Made by a program: the position numbers and the translations under genes. Of a stretch of DNA of 37,621 nt, positions 8,109-16,719 are shown in pieces (the first letter of the stretch is position 1; each line of letters opens with the position of its first letter). The notes beneath the pieces are model-generated. The model searched no databases, was not told the origin of the DNA, and worked only from the letters and a program-made list of their open reading frames with translations. The DNA is from a virus (Duplodnaviria; Caudoviricetes): the IMG/VR virus record IMGVR_UViG_3300037518_000033, positions 1-37,621 of that record; one strand, written 5' to 3'.

Positions 8109-8162
8109 TCAGAAAAGTAGATGCTCAGCGTCTTAGGGTCAAATCCCTACTTTTCTGACCCA
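8109..8162 (+). ncRNA. tRNA-like mini element (acceptor-like stem, one short arm, T-like arm, discriminator + CCA)
   Basis: TCAGAAAAG/CTTTTCTGA 9-bp stem, AGATGC-TCA-GCGTCT arm, TAGGG-TCAAAT-CCCTA arm, then C-CCA at 8159-8162. Too short for a canonical tRNA. Confidence 0.4.
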
Positions 8163-8166
8163 TCTC

Positions 8167-8201
8167 TGTCCGGAATCACCCCTATCTTTCCGGACAAATT
8201 T
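8167..8201 (+). terminator. Hairpin TGTCCGGAA/TTCCGGACA (possible terminator or processing stem)
   Basis: Perfect 9-bp stem 8167-8175/8188-8196; only a weak U tract follows. Confidence 0.35.
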
Positions 8202-8273
8202 CTGAGGCTAATTGATGCTCTATGCCTACAGTCAACTATCTCTCCCTCCTAATAAACAAAAAGGCTCCTATCT

Positions 8274-9155
8274 GTGATTCATATCTTAGATGAACGTGGT
8301 AATTGGTTTCAACCTCTAATAAATGCTGCTAAGTCCAGAGGGATGGAAGCCAAAAGAATATTCACAGGAGGTGTAATCGGAGAGGGGTACGGATTCTTTC
8401 GCCCCCACGCTCACCCTGCTACATTGAAACGTAATCAGCTTGTAGACTATCCTGCTATGATTGATAAGCTAATAATGATTCAGGATAAGACGCAAGCTGA
8501 CCTTTATGAGGATAAGACGGGTCAGTTTGAGAGGTGGGGTAAATGGATGCCGAACACTCGAATCATCACTTCTAAAGAAGAAGCCCTATCTTTCGCAGAA
8601 ATGCAAGACTTCCCCATCATATCAAAAGCTAACGAAGGCGCTTCTTCTAAAAATGTTCGCATCATAGCTTGTTACGATGATTTGGTATCCCACATTAATC
8701 GTGTATTTGGTGCAGGGGAAACTATCTATCACTGCGACAGTAAAGGAACCACGTCTAAGCAGGTTGGATATATCTACCTCCAAGAGTTTGTCTCGCACGA
8801 CACTACGTATAGAGTCAACGCTATAGGTAATGGCAGAGCAATATTCAAGCGATACAACTACCCCGATAAGCAAGTTGCGCAGACTGGCAATGTAGAGCCT
8901 GTGTTAGTGCTGGATGAAAAGATGGAATCGTTATTAGAGTTTGCTGACGCATTCTTTACTGAGGCTGAAACCAAATGGTGTGCTCTAGATGTATTGGAAA
9001 CGCCACAGGGGTGGAAGCTCCTAGAGACAAGTTTAGCGTGGCCTTGGCCTTCTCCCGGCGCTTGCTCACAGGCTACTATCTTTAGAACAAAGCACAAGTG
9101 GGTTGATATGTGGGAAGTGTTACTAGATGAAATTGAGGAAGGAACTTGGGGATGA
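8274..9155 (+). CDS. ATP-grasp ligase (RimK/glutathione synthetase-like fold)
   Basis: EDK, FPIISKANEGASSKNV, YLQEFV, YRVNAIG, ALDVL and KLLETS (ExN position variant). Confidence 0.8.
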   Translation: MIHILDERGNWFQPLINAAKSRGMEAKRIFTGGVIGEGYGFFRPHAHPATLKRNQLVDYPAMIDKLIMIQDKTQADLYEDKTGQFERWGKWMPNTRIITSKEEALSFAEMQDFPIISKANEGASSKNVRIIACYDDLVSHINRVFGAGETIYHCDSKGTTSKQVGYIYLQEFVSHDTTYRVNAIGNGRAIFKRYNYPDKQVAQTGNVEPVLVLDEKMESLLEFADAFFTEAETKWCALDVLETPQGWKLLETSLAWPWPSPGACSQATIFRTKHKWVDMWEVLLDEIEEGTWG

Positions 9156-9436
9156 AGGGTGTATTAAGTAAGGTGGTTCGTTGGGTCTATCTAATTTATC
9201 TTGCAATTAACTTGTTGATAGTTGCAATTCTCTTAGGTATGTGGTCACTCCCTAGAGAAACCATATCAGCATTCTGCGGTCGCATGGTTACTAAGTATAA
9301 CCACCCAGTATTTAAGGTAGCATGTAAGGTGATTGATACCATTTATTTCTGGGAACATAATCACTGCGTTGAGAATTACCTGCAAGAGAAAGCAGCGCGA
9401 ACCTACCTATACACTTCAGAAAAGGACTTGGAATGA
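9152..9436 (+). CDS. Small membrane protein (ETISxxxGR family)
   Basis: N-terminal TM helix, PRETISAFCGR and WEHNHC. ATGA overlaps with both neighbours. Confidence 0.7.
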   Translation: MKGVLSKVVRWVYLIYLAINLLIVAILLGMWSLPRETISAFCGRMVTKYNHPVFKVACKVIDTIYFWEHNHCVENYLQEKAARTYLYTSEKDLE

Positions 9437-10098
9437 TTACTTTTGTAACATGGTGGTGGCAGGGGTGGAGGAATCTATATCAACCAGAGCATGTGTACAA
9501 GACAAGGGATGCGATAGCTAAGCACTATAAACTTCCCCACAGGTTTGTTTGTGTAACCGATCAACCACACCTATTACCCGGTGTAAAAACCTGCCGCCTG
9601 TGGGAGACTCACTCTTTTGAAGGTCGTGATCCAAACCTCCCTAATTGTTATAGAAGACTGAAACTCTTTGATGGAGAGGCGTCGAAGTTTGGTGACAGGT
9701 TGGTGTCTATCGATATAGACAGCATCATATTAGATGACATAACAGACCTATTCACAGATGACCCTTTCAAAATCCTTAGCGCTAAATGTAACCCCTATAA
9801 TGGCAGCATCTGGCAAGTGAAACCGGGCACCCATCCCGAAGTGTGGACATCGTTATCAAAAGCGAGTATCGCTAAAGCCAATAACACCAAGATGAAGAAC
9901 GGGCGTAAATATTATGGCTCTGATCAAGCATATATGGCTTACATGCTACCTGACGCACCCACATGGGGACAGAAAGACGGTATCTATTATTATAATGATG
10001 TTGTTAAAGCGATACCAGATAACGCTAAGATTATATTCTTTCCGGGAACACTGAACCCTTGGGATAGCAAATACAAAGAGCTGTATTATAACGGATGA
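9433..10098 (+). CDS. GT-A fold glycosyltransferase (GT8-like), paralog 1
   Basis: Y.PEHV...HRFVCVTD, YRRLKLF, DxD motif SIDIDS, YNGSIW, GSDQAY and KIIFFPG..PW. Confidence 0.8.
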   Translation: MITFVTWWWQGWRNLYQPEHVYKTRDAIAKHYKLPHRFVCVTDQPHLLPGVKTCRLWETHSFEGRDPNLPNCYRRLKLFDGEASKFGDRLVSIDIDSIILDDITDLFTDDPFKILSAKCNPYNGSIWQVKPGTHPEVWTSLSKASIAKANNTKMKNGRKYYGSDQAYMAYMLPDAPTWGQKDGIYYYNDVVKAIPDNAKIIFFPGTLNPWDSKYKELYYNG

Positions 10099-10778
10099 GT
10101 ATACTAACAGTGGTGGCTTGGAAATGGAAAGGGTGGCGAGGGAACACATACACACCCGACCATGTGCACATGCTTGAGCAAGCTGTCTATGACCACTTGA
10201 AGATGCCTCACAGGTTTGTCTGCGTCACAGATGACACCACAGGTGTTGAGTGTGATACATATCCATTGTGGGATGAGCATAAGTTTCAGAGTCTTGCTAA
10301 GAATAGACCCAATTGCTACAGACGACTGTTCATGTTTTCGCCAGAAGCTAAAGAGATATTTGGTGAGAAAGTGCTATCTATAGACCTCGACTGTCTGATC
10401 ACAGGAGATATCACTTCTCTGGTTACAGGTGATGACTTCAAGATACTCAAGGGATATGTTAACCCCTATAATGGGAGCATATGGCAAGTGAAGCCGGGTG
10501 TATATGACTTATGGGGGAATCTATCACCAAGGACAGCCGCACTAGCTAATCGCCATAAGATGAGCAATGGTCAGAATTTCTACGGCTCTGATCAAGCGTA
10601 CATGGCTGCTAATATCCCTAATGCACCTACTTGGGATGAGAAAGACGGTATCTACCAGTATAGTAAACTGAAGAGTAAGGTTGTTCCAGATAACGCTAAG
10701 ATCATATTCTTTGCAGGGAAGCAGAAGCCGTGGACAAGTGAGTTTAAGGATTTGTATTGGAAAGGGAAAACTAAGTAG
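10095..10778 (+). CDS. GT-A fold glycosyltransferase (GT8-like), paralog 2
   Basis: Same motif set: HRFVCVTD, NCYRRL, SIDLDC, YNGSIW, GSDQAY, KIIFFAG..PW. Colinear with paralog 1. Confidence 0.8.
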   Translation: MSILTVVAWKWKGWRGNTYTPDHVHMLEQAVYDHLKMPHRFVCVTDDTTGVECDTYPLWDEHKFQSLAKNRPNCYRRLFMFSPEAKEIFGEKVLSIDLDCLITGDITSLVTGDDFKILKGYVNPYNGSIWQVKPGVYDLWGNLSPRTAALANRHKMSNGQNFYGSDQAYMAANIPNAPTWDEKDGIYQYSKLKSKVVPDNAKIIFFAGKQKPWTSEFKDLYWKGKTK

Positions 10779-10841
10779 TATTGAGTGTGTCCAAGCGGAT
10801 ACATCGAGATAATCCCTCCGTACCTACAAAGAGATTCTTAA

Positions 10842-11528
10842 ATGGCTAAGCGTTCTGGTCGAGTAATACAGGCTAAGTTTCAAGAAGAACACGAGATAAC
10901 AATTGAACCCAAAACAGAAGCACAGCGAGTCTACCTAGAAAACTTATTCAGTGATGATATTGTTGTAGGTATAGGCTCTCCCGGCACAGGTAAGACTCTT
11001 CTTGGATGCTATTACGCAGCCAAGGCATTCATGAATAAAGACATTGATAAGATCGTAATTACTCGCCCCAATGTATCTATGGGTAAGAGTAATGGAGCAT
11101 TACCGGGCACCGCTGACGAAAAATGCGCTCCTTGGATGCTCCCGATGCTTGATAACTTTGAGCGATTCATGGGAAAGAATATTGTCCAGAATCAATTGCG
11201 GCTGGGTAACATCATTCTTCAACCTATGGAAACAATCAGGGGTCGCAGCTTTGATGACACTGTGTTGTTGCTGGACGAAGCGCAAAATTGCACTCTTCAA
11301 GAATTAAAAGCAGTCGTTACCCGGATAGGTGAGAACTCTAAGATTATAGTTATGGGTGATCCTATCCAGAATGACATGAGAGGGAAATCTGGCCTACAAG
11401 ACTTCTGCGATATGTGTGTTCGTCATAATATTGAAGGATTTAGCTCTGTGCAATTCACGCATGACGATATTGTGCGCTCAGGGCTTGTGAAAGATTTGGT
11501 AATTATGTTTGAGAAGGAGGGTGTTTAG
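10842..11528 (+). CDS. phoH: PhoH-family ATPase
   Basis: Walker A GSPGTGKT, ITRP, LPG, RGRSF, LLDEAQN, TRIGENSK..MGD..Q.D and DIVRS. Confidence 0.93.
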   Translation: MAKRSGRVIQAKFQEEHEITIEPKTEAQRVYLENLFSDDIVVGIGSPGTGKTLLGCYYAAKAFMNKDIDKIVITRPNVSMGKSNGALPGTADEKCAPWMLPMLDNFERFMGKNIVQNQLRLGNIILQPMETIRGRSFDDTVLLLDEAQNCTLQELKAVVTRIGENSKIIVMGDPIQNDMRGKSGLQDFCDMCVRHNIEGFSSVQFTHDDIVRSGLVKDLVIMFEKEGV

Positions 11529-11532
11529 TTGA

Positions 11533-11697
11533 GCAGATAAACGAAGAACAAAAGGTTTTTCTACGCCGGAGTACGGCGACGAACTAGCATTTTTTATGGC
11601 TTGTGAATATCGCGACAAACAGATCATGCTGTTAAACCTGATGGGGGCTGGTTGCTCAGAAGAACACGGTCAAGCAAGAAATATGGTTGTTCAATAA
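11533..11697 (+). pseudogene. Start-less relic of the AP2-like C-terminus of an HNH endonuclease
   Basis: Frame reads KRRTKGFSTPEYGDELAFFMACEYRDKQIMLLNLMGAGCSEEHG directly after an in-frame TGA (11530-11532); no start codon precedes the motif. Confidence 0.6.
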
Positions 11698-11781
11698 GTT
11701 CTAAGTATTGATCATTATATGAACTAACGATATATCCCTGTGTCCAACCTCCCATTATTATAGCCTAAAAAGTGAATTGAG

Positions 11782-13242
11782 ATGGCAGTTGGTACACCAA
11801 CAGTAGACTATGAACGCATGAAAGAGCATTGGGTTTTACCAATTGCTCTAATGTCAGGTACTACTGGCATGGTGGAAGCAGGTGAAGAGTTCCTTCCCAA
11901 GCATCCAAAAGAAAGTCAGAAAGCCTACGAGAATCGACTCAAGCAAGCTGTCCTCTATAACTTCTACCGTAAAACTGTACAGAGCCTCGTAGGGCAATCA
12001 TTCATTCGTAATGTTGTTGTCAGTAATGTTCCAGAGCAATTAAAGTATCTGGAGAATAACATTGATGGTGCTCACACTACTATTACTGACTTTGCGGCAA
12101 GCTTGCTGAAAGATGCTCTGGTGTATGGTAAGTCACATGACTATACAGACTTCCCTACTCGCACAGCTAACACTTCATTTAAAGACTTCCGTAAAGCTAG
12201 AGCATACGCCACTAAGCTAGACCCGCGTAATGTTATTGGATGGAAGATTGATATCTCACAAGGTTTTGAAGACCTTATTGAAGTGCGTATTGTAGAGTAC
12301 GATCTGCAAGAAGACGATGACTGGAATCAAGAAGTTATCGAAAGAATTAAAGTTGTTCGTAAGAATGAAATCCTCATCTACGAGCAGCAGATTACCAAGC
12401 TAGATGACCCACACGTTATGGGTGGAAGTAAAGTCCAAGTTGATTATGAGCTGATTAACGTAGTTCCCAATACTCTTGGCTATATCCCCATTAACGTAAC
12501 CTACGGTGAGAAGACGGGTTTCTTCCAAGGTCGTAGCCCACTAGAAGATATGGCGTTCCTTAATCTGCGTCATTATCAGAGTGCTAGTGATCAGGCTCAC
12601 ATCCTCCACGTTGCTCGTGTACCCTTTTTGTTTGCTAAAGGCTTCGCTGAAGGTGAGCTGGATAACGTGGAGATTGGCCCTAACAGAATGATTGTTACGG
12701 ACAACACTGATGCTGACGTGAAGTATGTAGAGCATACCAGTAAAGCAATTGATGCTGGTCGTATGTATGAAAAAGATTTGATCGAAGCTATTGGCCAATT
12801 AGGTGCTGATATTGTTATGACTCGTGGTAGTCGTGGTGATCGTCAGACAGGAATTGCAGCAATACTTGATCAAAGTCAGAGCCTCAGTGTCATTCAGATT
12901 ATTCTGCGTGGTATTGAGGAATCTCTGAAGAACATCTACAAGGTTGCCGGTGACTTCATGCAGGTTACTGGAGCTGAAAACGTAAGCGTCACCATTGGTG
13001 ATAGCATGGGTCTGCCGAATGATCCTAATCCAGTTCAAAGTGTTATTGCCTTGTTGCAAGAGCTTGGACTAGAAGAAGAAGATATTATCAGAGAATTGAA
13101 GCGCCGGGGACTTGTTTCCTCTGCACTACAATCACTTGGAAATCTTCCCAAAAAAGAGGAAGCTGTTATAGTGGACGATCCCACTGTTGATGCTGAATCT
13201 GAAGAGGAAGAAGAAACGAGTGAAACAGAGGAAGGCGAATAA
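11782..13242 (+). CDS. Portal protein (DUF4055-type)
   Basis: FLPKHPKES..AYENRL..AVLYNF, PLEDMAFLNLRHYQSASDQ.HILH..RVP; 486 aa; precedes scaffold and capsid. Confidence 0.88.
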   Translation: MAVGTPTVDYERMKEHWVLPIALMSGTTGMVEAGEEFLPKHPKESQKAYENRLKQAVLYNFYRKTVQSLVGQSFIRNVVVSNVPEQLKYLENNIDGAHTTITDFAASLLKDALVYGKSHDYTDFPTRTANTSFKDFRKARAYATKLDPRNVIGWKIDISQGFEDLIEVRIVEYDLQEDDDWNQEVIERIKVVRKNEILIYEQQITKLDDPHVMGGSKVQVDYELINVVPNTLGYIPINVTYGEKTGFFQGRSPLEDMAFLNLRHYQSASDQAHILHVARVPFLFAKGFAEGELDNVEIGPNRMIVTDNTDADVKYVEHTSKAIDAGRMYEKDLIEAIGQLGADIVMTRGSRGDRQTGIAAILDQSQSLSVIQIILRGIEESLKNIYKVAGDFMQVTGAENVSVTIGDSMGLPNDPNPVQSVIALLQELGLEEEDIIRELKRRGLVSSALQSLGNLPKKEEAVIVDDPTVDAESEEEEETSETEEGE

Positions 13243-13291
13243 TCGTCCCCTCATTTAATTTGAGCCTGTAGAAAACACATAGGAAGCTGAG

Positions 13292-14134
13292 ATGGCTGAT
13301 GAAAACACTATTGTCGTAGATGACAATGAAGAAGAAGTAGAATTGACTGCCGAAGAACAAGCTGCACTAGATGCCGCTGCTGAAGCAGAAGAAGGTAAAG
13401 AGAAAGCTAAACGTGGTCGCCCTAGTAAGGCTGAAGCAGAAGCTGCTGAGTTGAAAGAAGAACTCGAACGCCTCCGTAAGTACCACCACAAAGCAAACAA
13501 GGAAGCTGAGAAATTCCGCCACGAGCTTAAAGCATTTCGTGAGCTTGGCGTAGAACCAGAAGCCGTACAAGGTTTGCTGAAGGAACGAGAAGAAGCTGAA
13601 ATCAAAGCCGCTGAAGCCCGACAAGATTGGGAATCATTGCGCGAAAAGATGAAGGAAAATCAGCATAAAGAATTGAGCAAAAAGGATCAAGAAGTAGAAG
13701 CAATGCGACAAGAGCTGGCTTTGATGCAGCAGTCCATTGAAGAACACTTGGTTGATGCACAACTTACTTCTGAGATTGCAGGCCAAGGCGTTAAACCACG
13801 TCTGCTTATGCCGCATATTCGAGACAAGGTGAAAGCCGTTAAGAATGAAGCTGGTAAGTATGGCGTAGCGATTCTTGATGACGATGGTAATGTTCGTGAG
13901 AATTTTACTATTAAAGACCTCATGGAAGAAGTAAAGAACGACGAAGACTTTTCAGGTTTGTTCCCCGCTCCAGATAGTTCTGGTGCTGGTACTACCTCTG
14001 CGGGTCAAGCAGTCGTTAAAGATACAGGTGATAAGGCTCTACTGAAAAAGCGTAAGAGTGAACTCACCCAAGAAGAGAAAGAACGCATCATTGATAAATA
14101 TGGTGCGATTGAATTTTCTAAAATGAAGTATTGA
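13292..14134 (+). CDS. Capsid scaffolding protein
   Basis: Acidic coiled coil, C-terminal LF...SSGAG motif, position between portal and capsid. Confidence 0.8.
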   Translation: MADENTIVVDDNEEEVELTAEEQAALDAAAEAEEGKEKAKRGRPSKAEAEAAELKEELERLRKYHHKANKEAEKFRHELKAFRELGVEPEAVQGLLKEREEAEIKAAEARQDWESLREKMKENQHKELSKKDQEVEAMRQELALMQQSIEEHLVDAQLTSEIAGQGVKPRLLMPHIRDKVKAVKNEAGKYGVAILDDDGNVRENFTIKDLMEEVKNDEDFSGLFPAPDSSGAGTTSAGQAVVKDTGDKALLKKRKSELTQEEKERIIDKYGAIEFSKMKY

Positions 14135-14256
14135 TTTTAACCTCCGTTCCCTCGAAAAAGGGAGCACTTAAACAACCGATAAGACAGGCCGTTGATGGCT
14201 TTATTTCGGATCAAACTTGAAACCAAAAGTAAATCCCTAATAGGAGCTATACAATT

Positions 14257-15279
14257 ATGCCTACATACACTCAGGATGATTTCGTCATTTATAATGATGA
14301 ACTTCATACCGGTATTACTGAAGTGCTGGAACAGCGAGCAATCGCTATGAACGCTGCTTCACAAAATACCGTCCGCTTGGTTACTCAGTCTTTGCTGGGT
14401 GAATTTGAAAAAACCACTTTCTTCGACGTGATTGATAATCTGGTACAAGAACGTGACCCCACTTCCGTTGCTGCTGTAACCGCTACCTCTATTGAGCAAA
14501 GCGAACACGTGTCTCCGAAAGTGAATCGTCGGATTGGCCCCAATAAGAACACCCTTGACAAGTTCAAGAAAATTGGTGCTACCCCTGCTCTGCGTTCATT
14601 CATTCTCGGTCAACAATCCGGTAAAGCAGTATCTCTGGATTACCTGAATACTGGTCTGACTGCTCTGGCTACCGCTATCACCTCTGAGGCCAATCTGGTA
14701 ATCGACGTTACCGCTGGCACCGATGATGACAAACGCATCAGTCGTGTTCGTCTGAACCGTGCTCGTGCCCTGTTGGGTGATGCTGGCAACCAGATTCGTG
14801 CGTGGGTTATGCCTTCTGCCCCTTACTGGTCACTGGTTGAAGATGCTCTTACCAGCAACTTGACTGGCTTGGCTGACGTAGTTGTTTATGGTGGTCTGCC
14901 CGGTACTCTGGGTATGCCCGTCTACATGACTGACTCCCCTGCTCTGATCGACCTTGATCCGGCTGGCGATGATAGTGAACCCGCTGCTTACACCATCCTT
15001 GGTTTGACCGAAGGTGCTCTGACTCTGACTCAATCTGAAGAGACTGATTCCGCGTCTGAAATCATTACCGGTCTGGCTAACTTGGTTGTTCAGTGGCAGG
15101 TTGAGTACGCCTTCAATGTAAAAGTTAAAGGATTCTCTTTCACCACAGCAGCTCCTTCCCCTACCAATGCCCAACTTGGTAATGGTGCTAACTGGACTTA
15201 TGTCCTTACCGACATTAAATCTGGCCCCGGTGTTGCATTGATTGTTGATAACGAAGTACCTGTTGAACCTACCGTTTAA
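14257..15279 (+). CDS. Major capsid protein
   Basis: 340 aa, AGGAG RBS, codon usage suggestive of high expression, LGDA..I.AWVM.S, GTLG.PV..TDSPAL, C-terminal DIKSGPGV; followed by a terminator. Confidence 0.88.
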   Translation: MPTYTQDDFVIYNDELHTGITEVLEQRAIAMNAASQNTVRLVTQSLLGEFEKTTFFDVIDNLVQERDPTSVAAVTATSIEQSEHVSPKVNRRIGPNKNTLDKFKKIGATPALRSFILGQQSGKAVSLDYLNTGLTALATAITSEANLVIDVTAGTDDDKRISRVRLNRARALLGDAGNQIRAWVMPSAPYWSLVEDALTSNLTGLADVVVYGGLPGTLGMPVYMTDSPALIDLDPAGDDSEPAAYTILGLTEGALTLTQSEETDSASEIITGLANLVVQWQVEYAFNVKVKGFSFTTAAPSPTNAQLGNGANWTYVLTDIKSGPGVALIVDNEVPVEPTV

Positions 15280-15291
15280 CGATGAATAACT

Positions 15292-15313
15292 CAGCCCCTT
15301 CGGGGGCTGTTTT
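15292..15313 (+). terminator. Rho-independent terminator after capsid gene
   Basis: CAGCCCC-TTCG-GGGGCTG-TTTT. Confidence 0.85.
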
Positions 15314-15370
15314 ACCACTCTAATAAAATAATAATATCCCAGAATACTAATTAACAAAAGAGTCCTGATT

Positions 15371-15853
15371 ATGATTAAACAAAAAGTATTAATATACTGT
15401 GCTAAAGCAGACGGTTTCAAATATTTGGATTGGCCCACTGGTACTCAAGTATTCTATGCCAACCCTCGTTATTTCCGTAATCCAGAAAATGGTTATAATT
15501 CCATCTGGACTAATCGTGAAGATATTAAAAAAGCTTATGCTCAATTGGGTGTAGGTGTTGTAACCCTTCCGGGCGAAACTGATCCCGTAGAAGAAGAAGC
15601 AGAGATTATAGAGTTCTCTTTTGATGAGGATTCATTCGTAGTAAGTCAGGTTGATGAGTCTGGTGAAGCCGTTTCAGAAGAAGAGGAAGACCTCCGTGAC
15701 GACGACACTGATGATTTTGATTACAACTGGCGCGAGCTACCTTGGTGGACACTACGCGCCGAAGCTGCAAAATTTGCTGGTGGGTCGGTGAGAGATAAAA
15801 AAATGGCTTACGAAGTTATGGAAGCTGAAGAAGCTAAGCGTAAAGGTGAATAA
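15371..15853 (+). CDS. Post-capsid protein (YxNPRYF N-domain, acidic linker, helical C-domain); head accessory?
   Basis: 160-aa ORF between capsid and head-tail adaptor. Confidence 0.6.
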   Translation: MIKQKVLIYCAKADGFKYLDWPTGTQVFYANPRYFRNPENGYNSIWTNREDIKKAYAQLGVGVVTLPGETDPVEEEAEIIEFSFDEDSFVVSQVDESGEAVSEEEEDLRDDDTDDFDYNWRELPWWTLRAEAAKFAGGSVRDKKMAYEVMEAEEAKRKGE

Positions 15854-15855
15854 TA

Positions 15856-16356
15856 ATGCCTATCTTTATTGAGGAAGACGGTACTGGTGTAGTTGGGTCA
15901 ACTAGCTATTTATCCGTAGCGGAAGCCGATGAAATCATCTCTACGTTAGGACTCAGCAGTGATTGGGCTGACTTTGACGAAGAAGAAAAAGAAGTGTTCC
16001 TCAATAAAGGCTCTTATGAATTTGACCAGCTGATGAAGTGGAACAGCAGTCTTCTTGATTTACAACAAGGTTTGGATTTCCCCAGAGTACCTTTTGATGA
16101 CAATAATGGTCGTTCAGTAGAGGGTATTACGTTCCCTATTAAACGTTCTGTTGCAATGCTCACTGTTAGCATATCAGAAGGTGATACGAGTAAATCACCC
16201 ATTTGGATCACACAACAGTCCTTTGGTGATAGCTCAGAGAGCTACGCTAACCCGGTGATGGAAGAAGGTAGCGTGTTCTTTGACGTAGCACTGACACTGA
16301 AACGTCTTGGTTACGGAAGATCAGCGAGTGCTGTTGTAGAGACATTTCGTGCATGA
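15856..16356 (+). CDS. Head-tail adaptor (DnaT-like ssDNA-binding domain family)
   Basis: EEDGTG...TSYLSVAEAD and QGLDFPR motifs; synteny. Confidence 0.75.
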   Translation: MPIFIEEDGTGVVGSTSYLSVAEADEIISTLGLSSDWADFDEEEKEVFLNKGSYEFDQLMKWNSSLLDLQQGLDFPRVPFDDNNGRSVEGITFPIKRSVAMLTVSISEGDTSKSPIWITQQSFGDSSESYANPVMEEGSVFFDVALTLKRLGYGRSASAVVETFRA

Positions 16357-16667
16357 AATACATCCATAACTTTACAGTGTGGAATCCTCAAGGAGTAGAT
16401 GCTTACGGGCAACCCTCGTGGTCTGCTCCTATTCATGTGAGAGGGCGGGAAGAACAGATTGAAACTGTATTCCTGAATCCACAGGGACGTGAAGAGAGAG
16501 GTAGTAGTCGTATCTATTTGGAGAGTGATGTAGCTAAAGTGGCTGGTCATGTTGTAAGAGAAACGTCTGCCTCGGCAACCCCAATTGCCACTTCTAAAGA
16601 AATCAGAAATAGACGAGAAGTACCAAATTTGAGAGGCACCCGAATCGAGTATCGGGTTATCGTTTAA
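16353..16667 (+). CDS. Head closure / head-tail joining protein
   Basis: DAYGQPSWSAP...R.E...G.E....IY pattern; synteny. Confidence 0.7.
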   Translation: MKYIHNFTVWNPQGVDAYGQPSWSAPIHVRGREEQIETVFLNPQGREERGSSRIYLESDVAKVAGHVVRETSASATPIATSKEIRNRREVPNLRGTRIEYRVIV

Positions 16668-16719
16668 GACCTCTCGGAACAGGCTCCCGGTTGGTCTTAT
16701 TTTTAATATAGGTGTCAAT

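Noticed and set aside
7940-8162. Canonical tRNA or tmRNA gene
   Set aside because: No full cloverleaf can be built, and the 5' GATTCGA segment does not pair with the CCA-bearing end. Kept only as tRNA-like candidates.
10842-11528. PhoH reinterpreted as the terminase ATPase
   Set aside because: It carries full PhoH-specific motifs, is only 228 aa, and has no nuclease domain.
14830-15438. 202-aa antisense ORF over the capsid gene (likewise 17596-18312 and 18468-19001)
   Set aside because: Shadow ORFs caused by biased codon usage of highly expressed genes; no RBS or protein-like motifs.
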